This document shows, piece by piece, positions 51,201-64,000 of a stretch of 64,000 nucleotides of DNA. This stretch comes from Octopus sinensis. Its lineage: Eukaryota. Each line of letters opens with the position of its first letter. Position 1 is the stretch's first letter. The stretch spans positions 35,898,001 to 35,962,000 of the forward strand of contig NC_043002.1 of the NCBI RefSeq assembly GCF_006345805.1, read 5' to 3'. The notes beneath the pieces were generated by a model that saw only the letters and a list, made by a program, of their open reading frames with translations, did not search any database and was not told the DNA's origin. The position numbers and the translations under genes were made by a program.

Positions 51201-51766
51201 AAAAGAATTGGAAACATGATGTATTTAATAAAAGACCAACAATGGGCGCATAAACGATATCTAAATAAATTAAAAACCAGACATACAGAAGAAAGGAAGG
51301 AAATTCCAATGGAAGTGTTTTACGACATGCTCGATGTGCCAGTACTGAAAGAGAATGAGCCTAGAAGGAGCAATCACAGAAAACGTAAATAGACTGAACA
51401 TTTAGAAATAATTCCTAAGCAGAAAAGGTACTGAACTCCCTAGGGTAGCAAAATTTCGAAAAGGCAGAGGTGTTGGAAAGAAAGAAAAAAATAATAATAA
51501 TAAAATAAATTTTGTTTTCTACAGAAGTCGAAATCTCAGAAGGAGAGATGATGTGGTGAGAATCACAACAACCTCTGCAAGAATAGACTTAACCAAACAA
51601 CTATAAATACTAGTGGTCTGAGTGGAGGAGAGTAGGTGTTAATCGCAGGAAGTCATAAGATGTCATTTTGGTAGTTTGTCAGAATATCGTTTGTTGTTAC
51701 CCTGCTTCGTTATATGTTTTATTGTTACTACATGGTTACAGTGTAAAAAAAAGCATTGTCATAACA
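48240..51766 (+). mobile_element. Decayed Gypsy/Ty3 LTR retrotransposon, Mag-type (K02A2.6-like), integrase core deleted
   Basis: 5' LTR 48240-48500 and 3' LTR 51549-51766. PBS TGGCGAC(A)AGGAT at ~48503; PPT AGAAGGAGAGA before 51549; flanks ATTGT/ATTGG. Gag reads MEDLL..QQQ..FRRYEEIF..FKCLIFVQGL, followed by a Cys/His knuckle and protease LQDT.SD. RT reads WAVP..IRVCADFSTG..FSKLDLSD..YNRLPFG..YLND. RNase H reads VVASDTS..EKEALAIIFAVKQFH. The sequence then jumps to the integrase C-tail (FDVGDKV). Confidence 0.93.
48503..48515 (+). promoter_or_regulatory. Primer-binding site complementary to tRNA-Ser(GCT) 3' end
   Basis: TGGCGACAAGGAT vs the expected TGGCGACGAGGAT (complement of ...ATCCTCGTCGCCA). 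One mismatch. Confidence 0.75.
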
Positions 51767-54122
51767 ATTGGTGATACAACAGAAAGTCATTTAAGCAAAC
51801 TAATAGGGTGTGCATTAAATACACAGTGTTCCATTAGCCTACAGCAATGAACTATACCTCCTTCATGGTAACTATTCTGCCTACTAAGAAGGGAGTAAAT
51901 ATTGTTATTGCAAATGATGATTTCTCTCTCTTTTTTTTTATTTACATTTGCAAAACATGACTTTTAAAGGTCGTTGCTTATCTTTGATTAATAGTATTAA
52001 ACAGATATGAGAAAAAACATTCTCTGGGTAGACACTGATCTGTTTTAGCTAACATTAACATTCCTAGATGATGTGAATGGACCCTATTCTTGATATCACT
52101 CTTAACTAAGGCATGTAACATTTACTCTACTCAACAAAAATGCAATAAAGTTTTGGTAAGGTGGGAAATGTTATTTAGAGGTGAAAGCAGTACTCATGAT
52201 ATTTGTAGATCATCCCAGACAGATAAAATTTATGTGGATGATGTTAGCTTGGACTTTTGTAGACAGTATATTGACTTTTGCAAGAAAATCACCAGTGGGA
52301 TGAAGTTCATGGAAGGACTAGGAAAGTGTTTAGTGTAAGGTCTAAGAGTTGAAATTAAGGGTGTTGGAAGGGTAAGAGACAGGTAGTTGCTATTGTTTTA
52401 GTTCAGCCCCTGGTCAGTTTTGTCTGTATAGACCTATGATCAAAAGTTTCCTCACTATGGACATCCAGTATCATCTTTTAAACATTGTGTGCCCCAGGCT
52501 ATATTGTCTAATGTGATCTTTTTTAAGATGGTAGGGTATGACTTGAGGGAAATATTGTATCTATTTCTAGCTGGTCAAGTGACATGTAACAACTGTATAC
52601 TAGTGGGCCTGTGCTGAGAGGATATAGAACCTGCAGTGGATTTGGTTTTGTGAATGAGCTGGTAGTTCACTACTATTCTCACTTCCTCAATTTATTTCCA
52701 TTAGAAGTCAAGAGCAGCCTTGAGACTCCACATTCTTCATCTTTTTGGCTAATTTCTTTCTTTCTCCTTTTGTTTTCTTTCACTTCCTTCCCCTCCTCCA
52801 CCAACACCCCCCCATCTCCACCACCATAGTTGTCTTTACTGTCTTCTTCACATATATTTTCTCACCACATGTAACATGTTAGAGAAGACTATTATTCAAC
52901 TATGGTACTAATGGCAGCTTTTAAAAATTCCTGCAGAAACTGACTGAAGGATAGTTGTGAAAGTTGAATTTTATTTCAAGTATTTACTTGCAAGCTTCAT
53001 TCTATTACTTCCACTGCACAAATGCAGCAGCTGCACTTAAACCAAGAGCTGATTTCTATGGCAGGCATAAGAAATTGGCTGCAGTTCAATGTCTAAATAT
53101 TTTCTTCATAGAAATTTTAGAGTTTGTAGAGCATTTAACAAAATGTTTGTTCTCTTTAGTTATGGTCCATAATGTTCCAAGTTCAGACCTCACTGTGACC
53201 AACTCCACCTTTCAGTTTTTTAGATATATAAAATAGAGTACCAGTCAAGTCCTAGTGTTAATTTAATAATCCTGTAGAATATCCAAATTGTGAATGGAGG
53301 TATTATAGCAACACATCGTAATATTTCTGAACAATCATGAACTCTCCTGTTGTAGAAAACATCAAAAATGCAAAATTCTGCAGTTCTTTTTCTTTTTTCT
53401 TGGGTGCTATAAAAAGAAAACATTGTGTGTGTGTGTGTGTGTGTTTGTGTTTGTGTTTGTATGTGTGTGTATGTGTTAATAAAAACATGGGAGTTTACCT
53501 AGTTGGCCAATGTACTCTTCTTCCTCTTTTAGTTGCCCTGTCCATATGAAATGCACTGTTGTTAGATAATATGTTACATTTATATGTGGATTGCTAAGGT
53601 GTGACAGAAGAGATAGAGGAGTGCTGTGGTAGGGGAATAGACTCAATGAAAGCCTGCCTAAGTTGATCAACACTGACAGTCTCCTGTCTCCCCTAAATGT
53701 TCAAAGCCATATACTTTGGTTTAGATTTTAACACATGGTATGGACAAGAATAAATTGCCTTCAAGGGTGCTTAACAGCATCATTGTGTACAAATACATGA
53801 ATCCAGGTATTAATATTGAGTGACCAGCAAGATATGAATATCATATTATATTTCCTTTCTCCTAAATAAAACTATAATGCTCACTACATATCCATGTTAA
53901 GAGAGGTTAAAATTTATTGTAATGCAACTTACAAATGAAGTCTTTAAAAAAATTCAAGCATTATATTTAAAAAATAAATATTTTTACATAATTTCATCTC
54001 CATTTTTGTTAACACATAATGTTAACAAAAAACAATGGTGTTAAGCAAAAGACAAAACTGAACATTAGCTATCTAGCTAGCTAGCTACCTATCTATCACT
54101 CTCTCTAATAATATAGACCCTT

Positions 54123-54146
54123 TCGCTCTCTCTCTCTCTCACTCTC

Positions 54147-54207
<61 letters not shown>
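54123..54207. repeat. (CT)n polypyrimidine microsatellite
   Basis: Nearly pure CT dinucleotide run. Confidence 0.95.
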
Positions 54208-54210
<3 letters not shown>

Positions 54211-54360
54211 CACTGATTCAACTATTTGCATTTCCCCATTTCATTTATTGCTTTGTTTCCCTTTCTCTCTCTTTCTGTATTTATTTCTACATTCAAGTTA
54301 TAACTTCCCTTGATGACGTAATCATAGCATGGATGAAACAGAAGGAATGCAGGAACAAGC

Positions 54361-54397
<37 letters not shown>

Positions 54398-57300
54398 TAA
54401 CAACCACAATAATAATAATAATGCTGTTGTTGTTGTTGTTGCTGTTATTCAACTAGTAGTTATTATGATTCTGTGTGATAATAATGATCATCGTCATCAT
54501 CATCATCATAAAGTTATTCATATTTTAAAAATTATTCACTGTGTCATTTGGAAAATAATAAATTTCAAGCAATAGGAAAAATTAATTTAAATTTTCATTT
54601 TCATTGATGGGCGGAATATGCTTTTATATATATATATAAAAAAAAACAAAAAAACGAGCAAACAGAAAACTGCTTTTGTGCAGATATACCAAGTTTGCAT
54701 GAAAATAGATAAAAAGTATAGAGCTTACAAGACAAAACATAATAAATAAATAAATATATAAATAAATTACAAAATGAAATTTTTCAGGGAAATATTCCAA
54801 AAATTTGATACGAGTTTGAAACATTTTTTGATTATTTCTTATTTACTTTTTCAAAATAAAATAATGTTTTAAAGTTTTTGTTTTTGATTGACTATAGCAG
54901 AACTGGCTTACCAACAGAATATGCCATGTGTGCGTGCATGTGTGTGTGTGCGCGTGCATGTGTGTGTGTGCATGCATGTGTGAAAAATCATTTGAGACTG
55001 TGTTTGTATTTTCCTTTCCATTTACTGGGTTTGGAGAAAGGAACAGTGTCCTTGTCCTTTGTAGGTCCTCTGAAACTTGTGAGCTTGATGCTGTTAATGA
55101 TCTGTTTTATCTGTGGCTGGTCAAGGCCTGCAAGAAAGACATGAGCAGAAGAAGATTCCAGAGGGTTGATGAACTGGGGAGAAAAGACTTGGCACAGTGG
55201 TTAGTGTGGAGCTGAGGTGGTGTAGATACACCAAGGATGACAAGTAGTGGATAGACAAGTGGGTAGGGATTATCTGAATGGAGTAGGTATAACACCAGCC
55301 TGCTGCAAAGAATAGTGGTCATCGTAGTAGCAATGGAAAAAACAGAGGCAACTGTATGCATGTGAACCAATGGTTGTGTGCTTTTATTTCTTTTACTGGT
55401 TCTATCTATTGGATTGTGACCATACTGGTGCTTTGTCTTCAAGAACCTTTTTAATCAGTCAAACGAACCCCAGTATCTATTTCAGTTTGGTGTTTATTTT
55501 TAATTTTTATTTATCAAAGGGTTAAAATTTTCCTTTTGAGTCATAAAAAAAAACAAGCATAACATGATACTGTGATTCACACTGGTATATTAAAACACAT
55601 TGAGCTAAACAAAGACATCTGTTAGAGGCACCCAAGTCTCCCTCATATCAAACCCAACCTCTTAAATGTGCAAAGACACTTTGAACAAATTTGATCCTAG
55701 ATATATACCCCTAAAACAATGAGGTGGTCATGGTTGAAGTCCTTTTGATCATTGATTTGCTCAGTCAAGGTTGAATTGGAGATAGACAACAGCACGTGCA
55801 TATACAAACATCAACAGATCTTCACACAGTTTCTGTCTATCAAATCCTATATACAAAATATTGGTGAACTGGAGGTTAAGTAGGAAACACTTGCCTCCAG
55901 TGCCGTGGTGTGGGATTGAACTTAGAACCACATGAGTGAAAAAGAAATTCTTAACCACATGGCTATATCTGCATCTTGTACATATATTAAATTGCATTTG
56001 TGATTGCATTACTATGTGTATATATGCTTACATGCACACACAAACACATACACACACATATATAAATACATTTGTAATAGTTTATATGTGGCATTGTATG
56101 TGTGTATTCTCGCACAGCATTTGTGAATGTTACTGTCTGTGCACACTTGTATAATTTTTTTATGTGTGGTATGTGTGTGTCACTGCATTTGTACATATAT
56201 ATGTGTTTGTATATATATATATATATAATATACTACTGTTGACTTATTCTTTTAACTATGTGCATTTTTCTGTGTGTGTAATATAATTAGATTTGTGTGT
56301 ATGTGCCTCACCTATATCTGTGACATTGCTATCAGTGTATGTTTGTATGTACACATGTATGAGTGCGTGTCATATATCATACTGAAATGCAGGCATAAAG
56401 TATATAAGACAGTGGAAGCTGTGTGTATGTATGTGTTGAGGATAGTGGGTTGGTGGTGGTGGTGGTGGTCTGTGCAGGAAGATCATTTAAGCGGTTTGAC
56501 ACTTCTCTATCATGTCTTCCTCACCTTTTGCTGTAGCTTCCCTATTTACTTTGACCATTTTTCAAATATCAACAGCTTTAGCATGACAATTTCAAGTGGT
56601 ACCACCACCGTCCATGCCACAGCTCTTTATTTAAATAGAAGGTGACTGTCTCCACTGTGCAAGCTGCAATCTTGATGAAATATCTCTTCTTTAAGGCCAT
56701 GTTAGATACACAGACAGATGTATACAAACAAACAAACAGCATGCATGCTTTCAGGCTTCTTATGACATTTGTTATTTTCCAAATTCAATTTCTTTTTCCT
56801 TTATATTCTGTGCAGTCATGATTAGGTACCAGCAGGGCTGTGTATTTATAAAGTTTGCTTCACAGCCACATGGTTTTGGGATCAGTACCATCGCATGGAA
56901 CTTTCAACAAGTGTCTTCTACTGTAGCCTCAGGTTCAACAATGTCTTGTAAGTAGAATTAGAATTGGTAGACAGAAACTAAAAGGAAGTCACTATATATA
57001 GATATGTCTGTGTATGTGTGTTTAGAGATGTTTATGTGTATAGATGTGTCTGTGTGTGGTTGTGTGTAGATGTATGTATGCATGAATGTTGTTTCTGTAT
57101 GGTTTCATTAGCACCACCTGAGCAAAGCAATAAACAAAGTTCTCATACTTTCAGTGGCTTAATGTTCTCTTTTCAACATTCTTTACCTACCTATATCTGT
57201 CTATCCCTGTCAATCCTTCTCCCTTTCTCACTATATCTTTCTCTACATTTTTGTTTTACTTTTATCTTTATTTTCCAACTTATTCTACTGTTATTATTAT

Positions 57301-60009
57301 TTTTCTTATTCATTTCCCCTATCTTCTCATCTCTCTTCTTCCAATTCTTCAACACCTTTTCTTTTTCCCATCCATCAAGATCATGAACATTGCCAATCAG
57401 TCTTAATTCCATGCAAGTAGTTCTACCACTACCATCACCACCAAATATGAAGATTTCTAAATGTATTACTGTATTATTCTTGTACCATAATCCACTCAAG
57501 GAGGCATAGCAACCAATGGAAATTACCTAGAGAGGTCAGCCACATGGAAAATAGCTGGTAACCACAAACACACTTAATGTGGCATGCAAGAAAATTTTAA
57601 CTGCTTGCACTAACTTATTTTAGTCATGTAGTAAGTAGAGAGAGAGAGAGGGGTGAAGTGGGGAGAGAGAGAGATATGTAATTGTACTACTGCATTATGC
57701 ACTCCTTAGGCAAGGAAAATCTAAATGTATCAGAAAAATTCAACGTGGAATAATTACCATTCCACCACATATTATCATTTCGCATGTAAGGGTGTAGAAG
57801 TTGGCCCCATTACTGTTCAGTCAGTTTTACTATATAGCTGTTCCATACAACTGCTCTACATAACTGTTCTGTATAACTGTTATATAAAGCCTTACTACAT
57901 GATTGCATAGTTGTTCTACATAATTGTTGAGCATGTTTGGCATAACTGTCTACAAAACTGTTCTGCATAAATAACTATCCAACATAAATGTTATGTATAG
58001 CTGCTGCATAACTATATGAACCAATGAGGGACCTTCTATGCAGCCTCTCAATCTGGTAGAAATAGCAACTACATCTTCCTCATATTATTCCTTACAATTT
58101 ATGGAAAGGCAAACACATTTGCTAATGTAATCCTAAATGCTCCGAAAAAAGACGGAATGGATATGGTGGGAATACCTTTGCTGACAGGTCTGCTCAATCA
58201 AAGTTGTTCTGAGATTAAACAGCATAACTGTTCTGAGTGTGTGTGTGTGTGTATTATATAGTTGTTCAACAGAATCATTCTACATAAATGTTCATTCATC
58301 ATAACAGTTCTGTATAACTACTTCAGTCAACTTTGTCACTAATGTCCTTCTCCATGCAGTACTACTGTAATTGGGCAATACCATTCTTTCTAATGGGATT
58401 TATAGGGAACTGAGTAAATAAGATAATGAACTGCTAACCAGAAGTTCAGTGGCTTATATTATATCAATGTTTTCAAGGTAAAAAGCTGTAGTTTTAAGCT
58501 AAGATATAGACAAGCAAAAATAAGTAGATAATGCTTATTTTTGTAACTATCTGGGGTATAATACAATTTCCAAATGTTTGTTGATTTGCAATGTCCAGTT
58601 AAAGCCTTATAAAGTGTATATTGTTGAAAAAATGAGCTTGACAACATTAACCTAGATACACCATAGATACATTACACAAACCAACAAAGGAACCATAGAT
58701 GATCACTGAACCTGATAAACATGGCAGCAAAATCTCCTTCAGGTCAGATTCTACTATCTTAAATAAGTAATGAACACATTAGATAAATGTATCCTAAAAA
58801 GACAGTATGGCTACAACTGAAATACCTTTGTTCATTAGTTTGTTCATTCAGGTTTTAATTAAACAACAATAAAACTATAGACAAACTATATTAAAATAAA
58901 GAGTAACTGCTCAATCATTCAACTATGGTAGTAGTTGAATAATATTCTTAAGGCCACAATTTACTCACAGGCAGCATCTTCAGAGCTTTGTCGTTAATTC
59001 AGTTCTAAACCAAATTAAAAAACTGTTTATATTTTTGAAGAGGGCTAGTCCAGTAGAAAAAAGTTTACATCAAAATTTGTAGCAACATTTTAGGAGAGTA
59101 AGTAATGCCTCCAAACAAGTTTAGATATAAATAACTTTTTTTATTTTAAAAGTAAAATATATATATCTTAGCATCAGTGATAGAAGAAAGCATGAAGAAC
59201 TTCATAGTTTTGATCCCATGCAACAAAAATTTGGATCAAAAAAGTAGAATAGTATATGTGATAGGCAAATTCATTATGTAAAAAGATAGGCATTGGATCA
59301 AGACTAAAAATGTGAAGACTTGGCAATAGCTCAAGAAAATTTTACCGTGAATTTGTTGTTATAGGTAGATAACTCATATATAACTAATTTTTGTATTATT
59401 CTATTTATTGTACTAACTATGTACAACTATTATGTTTTATAATCTATTTTCAAATTTCTAATTATTAATTAATAATTAAAAAAAAGAATTTTTGTAATGT
59501 GCAAAAAATATTTTAATCAAGTTATTTTTTTATTTTTAATAGAAGTAACAAGTAATAACAAATAGAAGTAGTAACTTGTAATAACATTTTTAGTTTTAAT
59601 AAAGGCTAATATTTTCTAAATCTAAACATTTTATTTGAAATTTTATCCTTAGCTGCAATATTTTAAGTAAAAATTTTCTTGTTCTGTACTTTACCAGATG
59701 TAATAACTTGTTCTGAACTTTTTCCAAGTGTAATAACCTGTCCTGTACTTTTCCAGATTTATAATCTTAAGAATATTATTTTTCTTGCTCACATTTTTCC
59801 ATGTAAATAAGTCCATGGATTATCTTAATTTCCCACATAGAGATTTAAGCTTTGTGATGAGAGATAGTGCTTATTTTTCATGCAATTTTAATGAGATCAG
59901 AAAGAGTGCTGCATTTAGCCCCAAAACTATACAACATAATTACTGATATTTCAACTAGACTGCTGCTAAGTGATTATGGTAAGAAATGAGCCAAGCATGC
60001 TCTGCTGAA

Positions 60010-60265
60010 TATGTAATGTTAGCATAAATGAATGATGGAGCATAGATGAACTGAGAAAAAACTGGGTACAAGGAAAATGAGATGAAATGTGCAAGAGAGA
60101 AGACTACTCTGTTATGAACCTGATGCATATGAAGGATAAGAGTTGGGTAAAGACGTGCTAAACAATTTAAATGGAAGGAAGCTGCAGATATGAGAAGAAA
60201 TGAATCTTAGGAGAAAGCTGATCTTGGGAGGTTGAACCTCACAAAGGAGATGATAGAGGATTGCA
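60010..60265 (+). mobile_element. Old RTE LINE C-terminal remnant
   Basis: Translates to SIDELRKKLG..R*NVQERRL.CY, which aligns with the RTE C-terminus at 9240-9480. Confidence 0.6.
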
Positions 60266-60287
60266 ATGGTTATGGAAAAGCAAATGT

Positions 60288-60685
60288 ATCATCATCATCA
60301 TCATCATTGTTTAATGTCCGTTTTCCATGCTAGCATGGGTTGGATGGTTCAACTGGGATCTGGGAAGCCAGAAGGCTGCGCCAGGCCCAGTCTGATCTGG
60401 CAGTGTTTCTACAGCTGGATGCCCTTCCTAATGCCAACCACTCCATGAGTGTAGTGGGTGCTTTTTACATGCCACCTGCACAGGTGCCAGATGAGGCTGG
60501 CAAACAGCCACGATTGGATGGTGCTTTTTACGTGCCAGACAAGGCTGGCAATGGCCACAATCAGATGGTGCTTTTTACGTGCCACCGGCACGGAGGCCAG
60601 TCGGGGCGGCGCTGGCAACAGCCACGTTTGGATGGTTCTCTTACATGCCACCAGCACTGGTATCACAGCTAGCACTGGTATCCAT
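60288..60685 (-). repeat. Young RTE 3'-tail copy with ~3.5 tandem modules
   Basis: Reverse complement of 9690-10060, with CpGs largely retained. Confidence 0.9.
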
Positions 60686-61233
60686 GATGGTAATGATGAG
60701 GAAGCAGCATTATGTGTAATATAAGTTTTCCATTGACAAGATACACAACTCATTTCCATCGCACAGTTTTAGTTTTATAAGAGGAGAGAAATTTAGCTGA
60801 ATTTCTTCATTATTCCACTATATCATTACAGTGCAAAAGTTAGAACTCAGAAACCTGTGAAAGCCTGACCTAAAGAATGTGCAGACAACAGCATCTGTCT
60901 ATGCACATTAAAGTCTGTGGTACTTTTGCCTCTTGGATCATCTTGTTTTCTCATCAGTGTATAGTTTGTCTTTAAATTAGTTTCTTTAGAGAGAGGAGTG
61001 GGGGACAAGGAATGAGAAAGAGATAAAGAGTTGGCAGTGTAAGTGAATATCTGTAATGTTTCATGTCACCACAGTAAGTTTGTACAGTGTCTTATCATGG
61101 ACTTTGAAGTTATATATATGTATGTGCATGTCCACGTGTGTGTGTGTGCATGCATGTGTGAGTGAGTGTGTGTGTATATGTATATATATATATATGGAGA
61201 ATCTCTGGATTTCATCTGTGAACTATATGTACG

Positions 61234-61269
<36 letters not shown>

Positions 61270-62427
61270 ACACACACACACACACCACACACACACACAC
61301 ACATGATAAACTTTTTCTTCAGAATGCTATGATATTGGTCGATGTTAATATGATGTTCTTTTAATTTCCTCCAGAAGTTTCTTGCCAAAATATGTAGACA
61401 CAACTGTAATGATAGACTTTGTATGAAATATTTTTTTACATATTTATTAAAAAAATAATTTGCTCCTTGGGTAACTATGTCAGGCCAACCAATGCCTTGT
61501 GAGTGAATCTGGGGGATGGGAAGTGTGTAGAAGCCCATCATATGTATATATATGTGTGTCTGTGTTTATCCTCCACCACTGCTATGTATATATTGTGTGA
61601 GTTTAAGTACAACACTTTGTTTTCAAATGACCTTGTTTGGTACTACAGGCCTTGTACAAGAAGGATGAATGTCAACTTTTAAACTTTAAGGACTGTTTTA
61701 TCATTTGGCTGATTCTCTTTTTGCTTCCTAATGAAGAGGCATATATTTAACATCAGAGCAAGGCCAAGCGTCTGAGCTAGTACCTGAGTGGTTTTGATAA
61801 CTAGATTTATCACTTGTCATATTTTGTAGTGAAAATATTTATCATAGATAGTTGTATCTAAATTCAAATGGATTTTAACTTAGGTGTTTGTTGAAATAAC
61901 TGGAAATCTTGCTGGGTAAAGTTTGTTTCAAAAGTCTTAGTGTTAATTTTAGGTAAACACAGGACACGTGGCACCTTCAAGAATAAGTTTGGAATTTATT
62001 TGTGCAAATTCTCAAATTATGCTGGAAATCTACATCCTGGTGCTATTGGAAAAAATATTGTGTTGATTTCATAAGTGTGGTAAAAGTTATAATGATGATA
62101 GTACTTTTTTCGTTTTGTATTGACATCTTTATTATCATTCTGCAACAGTTATTTTGCGATTGTAATATTTAATGCTCTATCAGTTGAGAAATATGATCTA
62201 TATAGCAAACAGATTATCAAGGCATGGTGGATAGTTATTAGAAACTCAAGTCAAGCTTATTAAAAATATAGGTGAACATATTGTATTCCTCTAGCTTTCC
62301 TATAAAAACAAACTAAATAATAATAAATAAAAAAAGCTATGGATTCTGGCTTCAAATTTTGTTTGAAGTGAAGTGTTCATTTTGAAACTTGTTTCCGTTT
62401 CAAAAAAAAAAAAAATATATATATATA

Positions 62428-62697
62428 TTGGCTTCCGTGCCGGTGGCACGTAAAATGTACCAATCCGACCGTGGCCGTTGCCAGCCTCACCTGGCACCTG
62501 TGCAGGTGGCACGTAAAAAGCACCCACTACACTCACGGAGTGGTTGGCGTTAGGAAGGGCATCCAGCTGTAGAAACATTGCCAGATAAAACTGGAGCCTG
62601 GTGCAGCCTTCTGGCTTCCCAGATCCCCAGTCGAACCATCCAACCCATGCTAGCATGGAGAACGGACGTTAAACGATGATGATGATGATGATGATGA
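62428..62697 (+). repeat. Young RTE 3'-tail copy with 2 tandem modules
   Basis: CCGTGCCGGTGGCACGTAAAA ... CCATGCTAGCATGGAGAACGGACGTTAAAC(GAT)n. Confidence 0.9.
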
Positions 62698-63861
62698 TAT
62701 AATGTGGAATTTTATATTTGAAGAATTCTGGTCATACATTCACAAGCTGTATCAGCCAAAAAAACCCACTTGTTTTGGTTAATAATTTTGTTTTTTTGGT
62801 TGTTGGTTCATAAATCTCTCTTTTGGCAATTCTGTCTGGTTGGTAGGAATTGGTTGTCTGTCTTAATATTTTTACTGCGAATATTCTTGCCATTTTTTTT
62901 ACATTGGCTTCAACTAAAGCTTTCTCTCGGTCTTCAATCACAATTGGAATGATGCCTTTATACTGACCTTCTTCTATTCTTGAAGCTTGCATAGAAAAAT
63001 AACAACAAAATACTAACGACTTAATTGCTGTAAATCTTCTGTTGTTCCTTCCACATATTATCTACTACCATTACAGAAATGTTTGAGTTAAACAAATGGA
63101 TAATTAACCTTTTGTATTGTTACATGTATCTGGTTAACTGACTACACATTACTGTCTTGCTGATTTACTGTCACTGTTGGGAAGGAAAACTGTAATATAC
63201 CGCACCTACTGGGATAAACTATTTGAAATATGGAGAAACTGGAAGCTACCAGAACTCAAACTCACCATTGAGAGTAGATAAATTCCAAAATGCCATCATT
63301 CTGACTCAACATTGTCAGTAGCAATTCTAAAATACCACAGTTTAATCACCAGTACTATCACAATTCTCACTATCCATAGTAACTAGACTGTTCTTGTACG
63401 CATGGCAACTGCCACTAACAGCATTGGTGGTGTGTGGTCATTCATCCTTGCCAACACTTCCCCCATCTCTGCAACTGAGCAGTTGTGAGGGTGGGAGGGG
63501 GCTTCTAAAGAACCACCACCATTATCCACTTTTATAGTAAAGCTCCTAGTTCTCATTTGCCTTCTCTGCCTCTCCCTTCTTTGTCTACTACTACTACTAC
63601 TGCTGCTTCTCCATCATGGCACTATACCACCATGACTGTCACTCTCCACATTGCCACTACTGTTGTTCCATCACCATCATCATCATCATCATTACCATCT
63701 CATCATCTTCGTTATCAATCATGAAGAAGCAAAATAAAAATAAGGACATCCTTAGAGTAAACGGTAATATTTTAGTTAGTGTTGGTTTGAAATGGAAATA
63801 ATTCAGAGGAGCAGAAAAAAAAAAAAAAGAAATGAAACAAGATTTATCAGTTTCAATTGCT

Positions 63862-64000
63862 TGCATGGGTTGGATACATTTTTTTCAGCACAGCATCTTG
63901 CCACTCATTACAGTCCTTTATTATCTCCTTCGTGAGATTTAGCCTCTTGAAATCACTCTTCACCATTTCCAGTATCTTCCTCAGTCTTTCTCTTCCTCAG
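63862..64000 (-). mobile_element. RTE LINE C-terminus, running off the window edge
   Basis: Minus strand gives GRERLRKILEMVKSDFKRLNLTKEIIKDCNEWQDAVLKK, then ATCCAACCCATGCA. Confidence 0.65.

Noticed and set aside
48892-51392. ORFs at 48892, 50062, 50543 and 51078 as host genes
   Set aside because: They are fragments of the Gypsy gag-pol, broken by stops and frameshifts.
51767-51775. PBS-like ATTGGTGA after the 3' LTR suggesting a tandem element
   Set aside because: It is better explained as the target-site duplication (ATTGT/ATTGG), and no internal sequence follows.

Overview
AT-rich, microsatellite-dense eukaryotic DNA. The repeat complement looks like an octopod cephalopod (Octopus): RTE LINEs ending in CCATGC.AGCATGGAA..GGACGTTAAA(TGA)n, tRNA-headed SINEs, and abundant (CA)n/(TA)n/(ATC)n. 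That assignment is inferred from family recognition, not from a database search. I found no host protein-coding exon I can name, so the window reads as a large intron or intergenic region built of old and young mobile elements. These include a decayed Penelope-like element (RT + GIY-YIG), an RTE LINE 3' end carrying a PHD-like finger, and a decayed Mag-type Gypsy LTR element (both LTRs, tRNA-Ser PBS, PPT, integrase core deleted). There are also Tc1/mariner, hAT and CR1 remnants, piggyBac/hAT/Tigger MITEs and many SINEs. Most ORFs in the track come from simple repeats or TE fragments. The most notable signals are: (i) a ~97% identical 200-bp inverted copy inserted into a SINE head with microhomology at both junctions, resembling a templated insertion from ~4 kb away; (ii) several close inverted repeat pairs that could form dsRNA; (iii) variable-number hairpin modules in the RTE 3' UTR; (iv) a TATA-Inr island that may be a solo LTR; and (v) weak microexon/exon candidates. 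I cannot claim a new biological system from the sequence alone.
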